Assembly: GCA_030770535.1 (NCBI GenBank)
Contig: JASVEC010000020.1
Span: 372,001-436,000, forward strand
DNA length: 64,000 nucleotides
Reading direction: 5' to 3'
Origin: Batkoa obscura
Lineage: Eukaryota
The number at the start of each line of letters is the position of its first letter. Position 1 is the stretch's first letter. Below, piece after piece: positions 23,926 through 36,716 of this stretch. The notes beneath the pieces were generated by a model. It saw only the letters and a list, made by a program, of their open reading frames with translations, had not been told where the DNA came from and ran no database searches. Both the position numbers and the translations under genes were made by a program.

Positions 23926-26900
23926 ATGGAAGATAAAAAGCAAAAAGCACATAGAGCAAGGCAAGCAGGCGCCAAAGTAAACAAAAAAAATAAAAATGCC
24001 GAAAAAAATAACCCAAAGGTAACTTTTGAAATAGTGAAATCTTAAATTTAGTTACAATATCTTATACTCTTTCAAGGCTTTTGCTCCATTTTCTGGGGTT
24101 AATTTTGACAAACAAAACCGTAGAAATGCTGATATTGAACAAAAAAAACTACATATGCCTATGGTTGACAGAACCCCTGATGTCCCTTCTCCAGTTGTTA
24201 TTGCAGTGGTTGGGCCACCCAAAGTAGGTTTATTGTTTATTTTGCATGCATTACTTATATCTATATAGTGTGGCAAAAGTACTTTGATTAAATCCTTAGT
24301 TAAAAAATATTGTAAACATAATATTAATGAGATTACTGGTCCAATTACTGTGATTAGTGGTAAATCAATTAATCACTTATTATCAAACGATCAACTAATT
24401 AATTACTTTAGGTAAAAATAGAAGACTTACCTTTTTAGAAAGTACCAATGATATCAATGCTATGGTAGACATCGGTAAAGTAGCTGATTTAGTATTGTTA
24501 ATGATTGATGCTAGTTATGGATTTGAAATGGTAATCAAGAAACTATTTTTAGTAAATAATATGGCTGACTTAGACTATTAGGAAACTTTTGAGTTTTTAA
24601 ACGTATTACAAGCACATGGGTTTCCAAAAGTAATCGGGGTATTGACTTACCTGGATAAATTTAGAGATAGTAAAAAGCTAAGTAACACCAAAAAACTATT
24701 AAAAAGACGTTTCTGGACTGAAATTTATCAAGGAGCCAAATTGTTCTATCTGTCTGGTGTAATCAATGATCGCTACCCAGATAGAGAAATTCATAATTTA
24801 AGTCGATTTATTTCGGTTATGAAATTTAGACCTTTAATCTTTAGAAACTCGCATCCTTACTTGATTGCTGATAGAATTGAAGACTTAACCGAACCTGAAA
24901 CAATTCGACTAAATAAAAAATGTGATCGTACTGTCTCATTATACGGGTATTTAAGGGGTACAAATATGCGAGTCAATACCATGGTCCATGTACCTGGGTT
25001 AGGGGATTTAAATATTGAAGATATTTCTGCACTTCCAGACCCTTGTCCATTGCCAGATAAAGTACGTAAAAGTTTATCTGAAAAGCAAAAATTGATCTAT
25101 GCACCAATGGCTGATATTGGAGGAATTATGTTTGATAAGGATAAGGTATATATTAATGTCCATGGGAATTTTTCAAAAAATAAGGAAGAAGAATGTAAGC
25201 TATTAATATTTTTGGGAGTAATTATTTATTAAATGTTTTTAGTAAATGAAGGTGAACGTTTAGTTATAAACTTACAAAATTCAAACTCTACCTTGGCTGA
25301 AAAATTTCAAGAGTCCCAAATTAGTATCTTCAATAATTCTACTCCAAAAAATCAAGTAGAAGAGGAGGTATATCCAAAAGAAGAAATAGAACAAGACTCA
25401 AATGGTAGAGTTCGTCGTAAAGCTGTGTTTAATTCCGAAATTGATTTAAATGAAGTCGAAAGTGAAGAAGAATATGATTCAAATGATGAAAATCCTAATT
25501 TAAATCAAAATGATGATGATCAAGATGACGAAGTTGCTTTTGCTGAATCAGACTCTGATTTGGGCTCTTTATCCGGTGAAGAAGTAGATTCCGGTATTGA
25601 GCATGATGATGATGATTATGAAGATGCGGAAAATAGCCAAGAACTAGAAGATGAAGAAGATGGAGCATTAAGATGGAAAGGAAATTTAATAGCCAAAGCA
25701 CAAGATAACTATTTGAATTTCCAACGAGTTAATTTGATGGATATAATTTATGGAGACAAAGAAGTTCCAGCTTTAGATAAAGATGAAAAAGATGAAAGTG
25801 AAAATGAAAGTGAGGATGATTTCTTTGCACCTAAAACACCAGAATCAAAAGAAATTATAGAAAGAATAGATTCATGTAAGGCATCTTTAAAATATGATCA
25901 TTTATCACTATGGGAATCCGAAGATTACTTGGATTCTATAAGATATCGATTCATTACTGGAAGTCAACCAATTGGGGATAATGACAATGATGATGGTTCA
26001 GTTTACGGGGATTTTGAAGATCTCGAAAACAAAGAAGAGGAGAAAGAAGAAGAATTAACTCAAGAAGAAAAATTACTGAAAAAGAAAGAGCAGCTTAAAG
26101 CAAAATTTGATGCTGAATATGATGACGATGACGGTGAAGAGAAATTAGACTTTTATGAAATAGAGAAGAAAAAGATTGAGGAGCAAAATCAAATCAATCA
26201 AGAGGAATTTGATGACGATAACGAAGAATTAAGACATCAGGTAGAAGGGTACAGACCAGGAAAATATGTTCGATTATTATTCAAAAATGTACCTTGTGAG
26301 TTTATTGAAAACTTTGATTCCAGGTATCCTGTTATTGTTGGAGGTTTATTGTCAAATGAGACAAGCTTTGGGTTTTTACAGGTGATTAGAAATTTACGGC
26401 ATTTATTTCTAGAATGCTTATTTAATATAATTTAGGTCCGTATTAAACGTCATCGTTGGCACAAAAAAATATTGAAGTGTAATGATCCTTTGATCTTCTC
26501 TATTGGCTGGAGAAGATTCCAATCCATCCCAATTTATTCTTTAAATGACGGGAGTAGAAATCGACTATTAAAATATACCCCTGAGCATATGCATTGTTTG
26601 GCTACTTTTTATGGTATACGATCATAGTATAATATAATATAGTGATAATAATTGTAACTTTTAGGACCCATTGCTCCACCAAATAGCGGGTTCTGTGCTT
26701 TTCAATCCGTTTCAAAGAAAACAGTAATTTAAACTAAACTTATTTAAGAATAGATATTGACTATTTTTAGTCTAATTTCAGGGTCAGTGCCACCGGAGTG
26801 GTCTTAGAAAATGATCAAGCTAGTGAAATCGTTAAAAAGTTGAAGCTTAAAGGAGAGCCCTATAAAGTGTTTAAAAACTCAGCATTTGTTAGAAACATGT

Positions 26901-27686
26901 TTAACTCGCCTTTAGAAGTAGCCAAGTTTGAAGGAGCAACCATTCGTACTGTATCTGGGATTCGTGGTATGATTAAAAAAGCTGAAAAGGTAACATTTAA
27001 CACTAATCAGGTATGAAAGTTATTTAAACGTTTTTAGACTCCTGCAGGTGCTTTTAGAGCTACCTTTGAGGATAAAGTTCTGAGATCAGATATCGTATTT
27101 TTAAGAGCTTGGTACCCAATTAAACCTAAAAAGTATTACAATCCGGTGACATCGCTGTTGCTAAGCAATAAAAAATGGGTAGGTATGAGAATTGTAGCTG
27201 ATGTTCGACAAGAAAAAAATATTGAGATTCCAAATAATCCTAACTCAGCTTATAAGGTAAATCATATAATATACTGCTGAGATATAAATTTATGAATATA
27301 TATAGGAAATAACAAGAAGTAAAAGATTTTTCAATAAACTTCATGTACCCAAGAAACTGGAGGGTCAACTACCATTTAGCAGTAAACCAAAGATGTTAAG
27401 CAAAGTCAAGAAGCCAACATACTTACAAAAGAGAGCTGTGGTTTTAACCCAACAAGAAAAGAAAGAATCAACTCTTATGATTCAATTGAACACTCTTAAT
27501 AAAATTAAAGAAAGTAAACAAAAAGTCAAAAGGAAAGAACAACATGACAAGTTCATGAAAAAAGTAAGAGAGTTGGAGGAAAAGAAAGACTCTAATAACA
27601 AAAAGATGAGAAAAGAGCATTATCGTGCCGAAGGCTTAAAGGAAAGAGCAGCTTCTAATAGAAGGGGAGGTAGTAAAGATGATTAA
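23926..27686 (+). CDS. BMS1: ribosome biogenesis GTPase Bms1, multi-exon
   Basis: [15 protein letters not shown]; spliced P-loop [59 protein letters not shown]. Confidence 0.96.
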
Positions 27687-28303
27687 TTAAGCTAATATTT
27701 TGATTACTAGGTATCAATACATTATCGCTTTGTTAGTTTTTCTTATAAATATATAGAGTTCTAATTTAGTTATTTCCTTTCTTATTCCTATAGGCTTTTA
27801 GCTGAAACATCTTTAGCTTTTTAATGAGATTTTTATTCATGTTGTATTAAGTTTTCGTTTAATGTTAAGATTTTAAAATTTAACATTTTTTAACCTAAAA
27901 GATAGCTTTTGTTAATAGTCCTAGTCCTATATGAGAACGAGGCAATTTAGAATTTAGCATTATGTTTAATAAAAAACTTATTTACCCTTAATTCAACAAA
28001 AATCATTGTTTACAATTCATGAAATTTTTTAAACCTGGTTTTTATTTAAAATAATACTTATCAAAGCTACAGAAAAATTTCCAATAAGAATAGCCAATGC
28101 CTCGGCAATAACATTATATCATTAGTAATAAAATTTGTTTTTGAAGAGTAACTATACCAACCCAATACGATAGGTCACATTACTAAGATGCTAACACACT
28201 TAAAGTTATGAGATATTGAAAATACAATTTAAATGTCAGTTTGCTCAAGCTCCAAGCTTCAACGAAATTGAAACAACCTCAAGGAAAACGCTGTGTCTAA
28301 TGT

Positions 28304-29833
28304 TTATTCAAAAGGTGTTTTATATAAAGCTAAAGTCGTATTTTCCAAAATACTGTAAAAGTAGCTTTGGCAACTTGACTCATTAATTGTTGAAATACCA
28401 TGCTTAACAATGTCTTCAATACTAATTTCCACAGCTTGTATTGTATTCAAATTTGTTGATAAGCAGGTTTCTATAAAGTGTCTAATTGCTCAGAAACTCT
28501 GCTCTGCTGGATTTAACATATAAGAGTATGGTGATAGGAATTTAAGCTGGTAATTAATATTAGGTAGTAGCTTTTCTATCTTATCGATTCCATGAGTTCT
28601 TGTATTATTTGGAATTATCCAAGGTCTGTTCACTATTTGATCTTGATCAAGGATAGTAGTTAATTCGTCAATAAAGGTAATAAACCTTTCATCACTATCG
28701 CTTTTATCAGACAGCGTATAATAAAGTATCCTCTTTTAGGATACTGTAATCACCAATGTCTAGTTTCTATCGCTCATTATTGGAGTAGTCATGGATGATT
28801 TTTCCCCATTATATGATTGTATCCTTTTAATATTTAAATGGTAATGAAAACCTAGTTCATGAATAAATATACATTTCCTCATATTACAACAAAAATGTTG
28901 GATAAAATGTGCAGCATACTCTACCTTTTTGGATATTATAGACCTCTCACTTACCTTATCTAGAGTATAGCTTGGATTACCAAGAGTTGCTTTTGATGAT
29001 TTTAACGCATTTTTCATCAAAGATGATTCCAGTTTAACACCTGTTCTATTATATAAGATCCCTTGCATTCGACTTGAAATATATTCACTATCTTCCTCAA
29101 TAATCCTCTGAGTTTCAAAAGCTACTTGCTCTATCAAAATTGAACAATAAGGTATTACTTTATCCCTTACTTTTATACTTGTATATAGCCCCTCTTTTTA
29201 TTATAGATAATAACATTTCTTTTATCATATATCATTGTTAGTTGTTCTGTTGCATTTATAAATGCTTCTTGATCCTTTACTGCCAAAAGTAAACTCTCTT
29301 TAATCACGTTCTCTATTCCCTCATAATCATGCGAGATTTCAATGTTATGTAATTTATTGTCTCGTTGGATATTTATTTCAGCATTGCTTTGAATATTTGT
29401 TTTAGCATCATTCTGATTATTATTATTTTTCGCTGCTACTGCTTTTTTCGACTTTTATCTTTTCTTGAATATAATATTTTTTGTATTACTACAGTTAATA
29501 TATTGCTGTTTTACCACTCTTTTAAGGGCTTTTCTTGCTTAGTCACTCGTTTTAATAAAATTTCTTTAGTTATATTGTTAACTCTAAAACATGGTTTGCT
29601 GTTATCTTTTTTAATTTATAAACTTCTTGTGCATTTGTTGCTACTGGCTTTACAACTTGTATTAATGTCTTTCTTTCTCTTGAAATGATAGTTCCAGCTG
29701 AATCATAATGAATAGATAATTTTTCTGCTACTTCTTTTAAAGACTTTCTTTGCTTGATCACTTGCTTTATTAAACTTTTTTCATCATCGCTTATTTTGAT
29801 ATAGGGTTTACGATTAAAAATTTTCAAGCTCAT
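28304..29833 (-). mobile_element. degenerate IS630/Tc1-mariner transposase pseudogene
   Basis: N-terminal HTH (YIKISDDEK..SLKEVAEKLSIHYDSAGTII); decayed DDE motifs IFIHELGF (cf. IFIDESGF), IIPNNTRTH (cf. IMDNARIH), FLSPYSYMLNPAE (cf. FLPPYSPxLNPIE); stops and frameshifts; TIRs not identified. Confidence 0.85.
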
Positions 29834-31207
29834 AACTTCTTATAGATTGTCTTATTTAACTCTACGACATTCACCAATATCTTCCTTCCTCTTTTAACAA
29901 TACCTTTTGTAACATGTTATTTAGTAGATAACTGGTCTGTTGTCCCTTTTGTTGTCTTTCCTTGATCATCTGTTAGTTTCAACAATTTTCTCTCAGCTCC
30001 ATTGTCTTTTTCATTGTGACACTGAAGGCTGCTATCTCAAAGCTTGTCGATACTTTGCCTTCTTGTTTCTTTTTTTATTAAGATCCAAAACTTAAAAGAA
30101 TAAATTTAAAATATATAATATCAAAGTAAGATTTTGAGTAAAAACTTCGATAACACCTCCTTGATTAAATGTTTACCCAGAGTTTATTTTACAGCAGTTA
30201 AAGTCGTTCAATCTACAAGAACCTAGAATGATTCAAATTGGTTTCTTCCTTGTCTGATATTAGGATAAATATCTCAATCCAGTTTATGTGAACCCTATTG
30301 ATAGTATTTTATGAGTTTTTGGCTTGAAGTAAAATTAATAAATCAAGTGTGGTTAAATCATTAGTTAAGAATTCAAGGTTTTAGAAAGGTAATCCCCAAT
30401 TTTTATTAAAAGCTGTATAAAAATTTTGATATGTTAAACAATAAGTGAGTTTAGGTTATTTATTTATGCTATAAACAAGTATCCTCTTTTTTAAAATGGC
30501 CTGCTTTATAAAAAATATTATTATTATTTATTAAACAAAGTCAATCGACTACAAAAAAGGTAGATTTATATAAAGATTTTGCTATGTTTCTCCTTTTAAA
30601 AATATTTGAAGCAATTTGAAATTTTGCTAGATTGAATTTTAAGTGTAAAATGTAAGTTTAAAACGGTGAAATAAATCACGTTAATCTCAATGATCAAAAA
30701 ACTTTATAAACAAGTTGGCACTATCTAATCAGAAGATCACTCAACTAACCAATAAAAATATCAAACATCTAATAATTGAATTCTGGATTGTTTTTAAAGA
30801 AGGTATATAAACAATAGAAAGCTATGGACTATAAAAAATAGAAATTATTAGCTGATGTATACCAAATTTATCTTACCGTTATTTGTTTTCCACAGTATAG
30901 CCAGTTTATTGCTCTTACAGGCCAACTTAAAACATAGCGCTTTAGTAGATCCAAAAGATTTATTCCTTTTAGTTAAGCAGCTGGTTGATTTTATAATCAC
31001 TTAAAAGTTGTATATTTTAAACTGTCTTTCTTTTAAAAATAAATGTCTTTCATCAGTTTCTTGCTCGTTTTTCAAATATGAATGTATACAAAATGAAAGT
31101 GTAGTATTACAATAGTTAAAATAATCATGACTGTATGTAAATTTATTTGTATGCTTAAAGTAAAACAACTAATGAACATTGTTAATTTATTATAAAATAG
31201 TACTTAA

Positions 31208-31313
31208 ATATGAGGATGTGCTTTAGGTTTAAGAATTTTACTAACAAATTTTCCGCTTAAATAGCACTTAAAAAATGGAAAAAATAATGAAGTCAAAAAA
31301 AACACACTCATAT
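31208..31313 (+). mobile_element. MITE copy 11
   Basis: ATAT-GAGGATGT...ACACACTC-ATAT. Confidence 0.9.
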
Positions 31314-31642
31314 AGTATTCCTTTATTTTTATATCAATTTAATATTAATAGCTACCTATATATGAACGCTAGTACCTTTAATATGATCGTTCAATTTTTA
31401 TTATAATGATAATGGAAGTCTATAATCCATTTTGACTGTGAAATTAACAGGAGTATATGTCAATAAGATATTATATTTATAAACACTTCAAATTGAATCT
31501 TGTAAAATAAGTTAGTTTCCAGATTTTTTGTATAAATATAATAATTATAATACGATGCTATGTTATTAAACTAAAGTTTTAATAAAAAACAGATTAAATG
31601 CCACGCAGTTTATTTAATAAGCAAACTGCTTCATCGGACTTT

Positions 31643-32140
31643 TCAACTTTTATCAGATACTTCACCAAACCACATAACAGAATATTGACCTCTAGTAGCA
31701 GCACCAACTGCTTCCCACTTGTTGTCGTGCCATGAACCTTGGTTTAAAAGTACTTCGGCATGCGGTTTTGAATTTAACCAACCACGGATTAAATCTTTAG
31801 GCTTTGTTAGACCTAAAAAAGAAACTTCATAGCCATTACCAGAATAGCCAGTAAGCTGACGAGGTTTGTCCCACATACATTTATAGCCCTCACTTACTTT
31901 ACATTTAAAAACACTAGGCCAGTCATGTAGCCCTGGTTTTGAATCAGCATATTTCGATAAATCATCTACGTGAGCCTGAGCAACTTTGGTTAATTTTTTA
32001 CTAATGTTGATTTGGTATAACCCCCGCTTACTCCTTTCAGCGTTTAACTCATTTACTATTTCAGTTAAAAAATTGTTTTGACATTGGATAAAGCCAAATA
32101 AGCCAGCAGCTCCGATAATAGTAATGCTTGATAATTTCAT
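31643..32140 (-). CDS. secreted CAP/SCP-domain protein, bacterial-type motifs
   Basis: Signal peptide; LNAERSKRGL, LTKVAQAHVDDL, CMWDKPRQLTGYSGNGYEV, WLNSKPHAEVLLNQGSW, VMWFGE; intronless. Confidence 0.85.
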   Translation of the reverse strand: MKLSSITIIGAAGLFGFIQCQNNFLTEIVNELNAERSKRGLYQINISKKLTKVAQAHVDDLSKYADSKPGLHDWPSVFKCKVSEGYKCMWDKPRQLTGYSGNGYEVSFLGLTKPKDLIRGWLNSKPHAEVLLNQGSWHDNKWEAVGAATRGQYSVMWFGEVSDKS

Positions 32141-32314
32141 TTTATATAATTTTATGTTATTTGTGCTTTATATTTACCTTTTATATACTTTTTCATAGTA
32201 TTGTTATAAAATATTCTAATTTAATCCATTGCAATTGTTCAATACTAAGTTTTATTATGGTTATTATTTCATTTTAGTTTAGTGTCACCATACTTTATAT
32301 TAAAAAGACACAAT

Positions 32315-32414
32315 ATATGAGGATGTGTTCTTAGTAGTTTTACCAACAATTTTTTCGCTCAAATAGCGCTTAAAAAATGGAAAAAGTTATGAAACCAAAA
32401 AAGTATCACCATAT
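32315..32414 (+). mobile_element. MITE copy 12
   Basis: ATAT-GAGGATGT...GTATCACC-ATAT. Confidence 0.88.
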
Positions 32415-33920
32415 AGTATCAAAATCACACAAAAGTTATTAATAATCTTTACAAGGAACTTTATCTTTAGAATCTCGGATTTGTGTTTCCAAATATAGTC
32501 TGTATCTTTGTTATGCTCTCTTATGGTAATCTTATTCACTTTATTACAAGTATCTGTATTTATCGTTTTTTTTCATAGTGTTTTCATTTTGATATATATT
32601 TATGAACCTGTGTTACGTTATTAAAAAAACTTGATGAAATGTTAAAATTTCCTAGTTTGATATATTAAGGTTGTTAGTTTGAAATTCAAGCACAGAGAAT
32701 CTTGATGCTATTGAATAATGTTGTAGTAAATAATAGTTATGAGAGTAAGGCTTATATTTTCAAGTTTATTTTATAGGTCAAATAATAGGAATCTAAGCTT
32801 ATAAGATAATAGTTATGAATTGGAAGAATAAATTTTTATTACCATTTGTTTAGTATTTAAAAAATCGATGACCATGACAAAAATATATTAAAACTTATAA
32901 ATATCAGTAAAAGTATAGTTTCAACAAGTAAAAATTGTAATTTTCCAATTCAAATGTGAATTAGGTATTTGAATTTTGCATTTTCTGAACTTAATAAATC
33001 TAAAGCAATAAAATTATTAAGTACAATAGTAAAATTCCTAATTTATGTTTCTTATTACAGCTACTTATTGCAAAAAAAATTTTTGTACAAATTTCTATCC
33101 AATTGAAAAAAAACGCCTGTTAGGATAAAAACTTGCAATCTTAAACTAGTGACTTTAGGCTAGCCTTAATAGTAGGCCCAGTTTAAGACCATATCAGGGC
33201 TAAGTCATGTTGCAACAAGGTTGATATTAGGTTTTTATTTTAAAAAAGATTGTTAAAAATTTTCGCTTTGAGTTACAAAACCAGTTCTTTACCAAAAAAT
33301 TTATAAAAGAAGCCTGCTTATCTGAAATTGTACTCAACCGCCTTTTATATCTAAATTTAATTGAAACTTTGGTCTTAATTGCCTTACAAAATTAAGAAAT
33401 ATAGTAAGATGGTCTTAAAAATCAAATAATAAACTCCTTATACTTGTAAATTCTCTAACATACTTTGAGATTTTATGTTGCATATTTTTATCTAAGGATA
33501 TATCATATATTTCTTCATAAAAAGCAATTTTGGTTACTTAAGACACTATGATAATTTCAAAAATTTTCAGTTTGGTTTGATTTGAATGTGCATGATTTTA
33601 CAATAAATATTTTGATCAAAATCCATTCGAAAATAGCAACTTCAAAAGGATAGTAGTAGATTTATTCTGTTATTCAAATTCAACCATTGGTTAAATAAAT
33701 AACACTTGCTAAAATGATAATCCACACTTTTAATTAATTACAGTTTAAATCCAATATCATTTCATTTTATTATGGAACTTTTAGACTTTGTATATTTTAT
33801 GATAGGCAACGAAATCCGTCAGCTATCTTAAGGCTATGGTAAATTTATAATATCTTTGTTTTTGTAGAATTCTATCCTCCTAGATATCAATGCTTATTTA
33901 CTGTTATTTCTTGGATACTT

Positions 33921-34538
33921 ATGATATTAGGAGTAGTTTTGTTGATATATGATGTAAAAGCAATAAATTTTTTGTATATTATCACTGGATTTATTATTGG
34001 TGTATATAGCTATTATTTGATTATCACAATAATTTATTTGAATGTAACATCGTCAAATCAAATAGTTGATTATAATAGCGCGATTAATGTTATTGAAGAG
34101 GCCAATATCAAATATCGTCTTAGAAGATATAATGGTTTAATTTTAGCTTTAACTACCAGTGTAGTATCCACTGTTTTTGATTCTATTGGAATGATCATGT
34201 TGGGTCTAATTACCGGAACACTTATCAGCTTTATTGTTGCTTTTTTAGCGTTTAATAGCAGCTTATTTTTACTTCTAATCATTGTTTTGCCTGTAATATC
34301 AACAGCTACTTCAATTTACTTTAGAAAAGCTAGTAAGTTAATCTACTGTATTTTAGCAGGAGGATCTTTTTTAGCTTTTAGCTTAAGATTAAGCTTCCAT
34401 GGTATTGTTTTATTATCAGCGTCTTATAAATTTTTGGAGGATGTGTTCTTTTCAGCTAATATAGTTATGCTTGTGATTTTAATTAGTTATGTCCTAATAT
34501 ATTTAATTTTTTACTTTTATTGGGATCTTAATGACTGA
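33921..34538 (+). CDS. multi-pass membrane protein, possibly TMEM198/TM7SF3 (DUF4203)-like
   Basis: Hydrophobic ORF with LGVVLLIY..FLYIITGFIIG, MLGLITG, LAGGSFL patterns; 5' end uncertain. Confidence 0.5.
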   Translation: MILGVVLLIYDVKAINFLYIITGFIIGVYSYYLIITIIYLNVTSSNQIVDYNSAINVIEEANIKYRLRRYNGLILALTTSVVSTVFDSIGMIMLGLITGTLISFIVAFLAFNSSLFLLLIIVLPVISTATSIYFRKASKLIYCILAGGSFLAFSLRLSFHGIVLLSASYKFLEDVFFSANIVMLVILISYVLIYLIFYFYWDLND

Positions 34539-35063
34539 ATTATGAATAGAATACAAATAGTTTTAGGGTTAAGCTTACTAAAATAAAGATTCTATTCAAT
34601 AACTTCGGGTATTAGTCTTTGTTAGATTTATGAAGTATAATTTAATCCCTTTATCAACGTGAAGCGACGTATTATAAAAATATGTTGTTTTAAGGTAAGA
34701 ATAAAATGTATGTTAGGATTGAATTCTAATTTGCTCAGGTTTTCGATACTATGTATTTGCTCAAGTAACCTTAAAGGTTGTAGCTTCATTTCAAAAAAGA
34801 CATAATATAAAAGTACTTACTCTAATAGCGTAAGAGTATTATTATAAACTTTTAGAATAACAACTCTATATATTATATATATACTTTGATAATTGACTAT
34901 GATTAATAAGATTCAACTACTTACAATCCTAGTTCAAAACTCCAACTTTTAAAATTCTTACATCCCTAATGTGATAAGGCAGCCTTAGCTTGAGACTAGG
35001 AAATCTAAGTTGGAGATCCTGTTGATAGTTCCTATTCACACTATAGTTTCCTAAAGTCAAATA

Positions 35064-36387
35064 TGTACTCAATAATGGTCTCTAAACTAACTAATAATCT
35101 AATAAATCATAGATGGTTGTAGAGAATACATTTTCAGAACAATAATTTCTTTCAAAGTAGTTCCTAAACATCAAATAGCAAATGAATATTATAACAAACT
35201 AATATTGCAAATAAATTAATAATCAAAATAGTTAAAAATAATAAATAATATAAGATATAGTTTATTTAATATAAATAAGTTTTAAAAAAATACTGTTGAT
35301 TAATAACCAAAAATGGATGCATTTAAAAATCAGCATCGAGAGTAAAAGCCATATTGTTTGATTCTTTAGAAAGGGAAGCCATAACACCAGCTCTTTGATA
35401 TTCAGCTACCTTCTTTTCAAAGAAATTAGTTTTCCCTTGCATAGAAATCATATCCATAAAATCAAATGGATTTTCAACGTTATAAATCTTAACTTGACCT
35501 AAGGAAACTAAAAGACGATCAGCAACAAATTCAATGTATTGAGACATGAGTTTAGCATTCATTCCAATTAATGAAACTGGTAATGCGTCAGTCAAAAACT
35601 CTTGTTCAATTTCAACTGCTTCACGAATGATTCGATTGATTGTTTCACGGGATGGTTTATGACTGATATAGCCAAATAATAAACAAGCAAAGTCACAATG
35701 GAGACCTTCATCACGAGAAATCAATTCATTAGAAAAAGTAAGGCCTGGCATAAGCCCACGTTTACGAAGCCAGAAAATAGAAGCAAAGGCACCAGAGAAA
35801 AATATACCTTCAACAGCAGCAAAAGCAATTAAACGTTCAGCAAAAGATACTTGGTGATCTGAAATCCAACGGAGTGCCCAATTAGCTTTCTTTTGGATAC
35901 ATGGGATAGTGTCAACAGCACGGAAAAGGAAATCACGTTCGATAGGGTCACGGATATAAGTATCAATCAATAAAGAATACATTTCAGAGTGGACATTTTC
36001 AATCATAATTTGAAAGCCATAGAAAAATCGAGCTTCAGAGAATTGAACTTCATTACAGAAACGTTCAACAAGGTTCTCATTAACAATACCATCCGAAGCA
36101 GCAAAGAAAGCTAAGACATAAGTAACAAAGTGACGTTCACCATCGGTAAGCTTATTCCAATCATCACCATCCTTAGAAAGGTCCACCTCTTCAGCGGTCC
36201 AAAAAGAAGCTTCGGCTTTCTTATACATTCTCCAGATATCATGGTATTTAATAGGGAAGATTACGAAACGACTTGGATTGACTTGTAGAAGTGGCTCATC
36301 AGCTTCAATTTCACGAACGCGTTCGATAAGCTCCTCAGTAGTTAACTTATGAGCTTCTTTATGGAGTAAAGCAAGTCTGGATTCTTC
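35064..36387 (-). repeat. 1,324-bp inverted repeat, arm 1 (partner 49592-50915)
   Basis: Reverse complement matches 49592-50915 with no indel (coordinate sums equal at both ends) and no difference seen on reading. Confidence 0.93.
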
Positions 36388-36501
36388 CTCAGTCTCAATA
36401 TTAGATGGTTTAGTAGCACTAGCGCTGACACTAATATCTTTAGATTCTTGGATTTGAGGTTTAGTTATAACTGGAGCAATATTTTTATCAACTGAGGACA
36501 T
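35323..36501 (-). CDS. RNR2: ribonucleotide reductase small subunit, copy 1 (392 aa)
   Basis: [53 protein letters not shown]-terminal FTLDADF. Confidence 0.97.
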   Translation of the reverse strand: MSSVDKNIAPVITKPQIQESKDISVSASATKPSNIETEEESRLALLHKEAHKLTTEELIERVREIEADEPLLQVNPSRFVIFPIKYHDIWRMYKKAEASFWTAEEVDLSKDGDDWNKLTDGERHFVTYVLAFFAASDGIVNENLVERFCNEVQFSEARFFYGFQIMIENVHSEMYSLLIDTYIRDPIERDFLFRAVDTIPCIQKKANWALRWISDHQVSFAERLIAFAAVEGIFFSGAFASIFWLRKRGLMPGLTFSNELISRDEGLHCDFACLLFGYISHKPSRETINRIIREAVEIEQEFLTDALPVSLIGMNAKLMSQYIEFVADRLLVSLGQVKIYNVENPFDFMDMISMQGKTNFFEKKVAEYQRAGVMASLSKESNNMAFTLDADF

Positions 36502-36710
36502 TGATGAGAAATTTTAAAGGAAAGATAGAAAAATATCGTCGCGATCAATTTAGCTTTTATACTCTTGAATTAATATCATTAAATCATTTTTCGTTATTTA
36601 GACTATTGATTGGACTAAAAGGCGAAACATGATTGGATTAACTGAGAATTACGTGAAGCTATCTATTGATTAAACTATCATTTAGCTAAACTTAATTGGC
36701 CAGACTCCGA

Positions 36711-36716
36711 ACGCGT
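36711..36716. promoter_or_regulatory. MCB-like element ACGCGT in the RNR2 copy-1 promoter
   Basis: ACGCGT ~210 bp upstream of the ATG, near CCAAT boxes, in a block conserved with the copy-2 promoter (ACGCGC at 49263-49268). Confidence 0.6.

Noticed and set aside
24645..24654. ACTTACCTGG resembling the U1 snRNA 5' end
   Set aside because: Lies in BMS1 coding sequence (LTYLD); no U1 structure follows.
27700..31200. Fanzor/TnpB or other cargo associated with the Tc1/IS630 relic
   Set aside because: No RuvC-like or zinc-finger ORF remnants recognisable; TIRs could not be defined.
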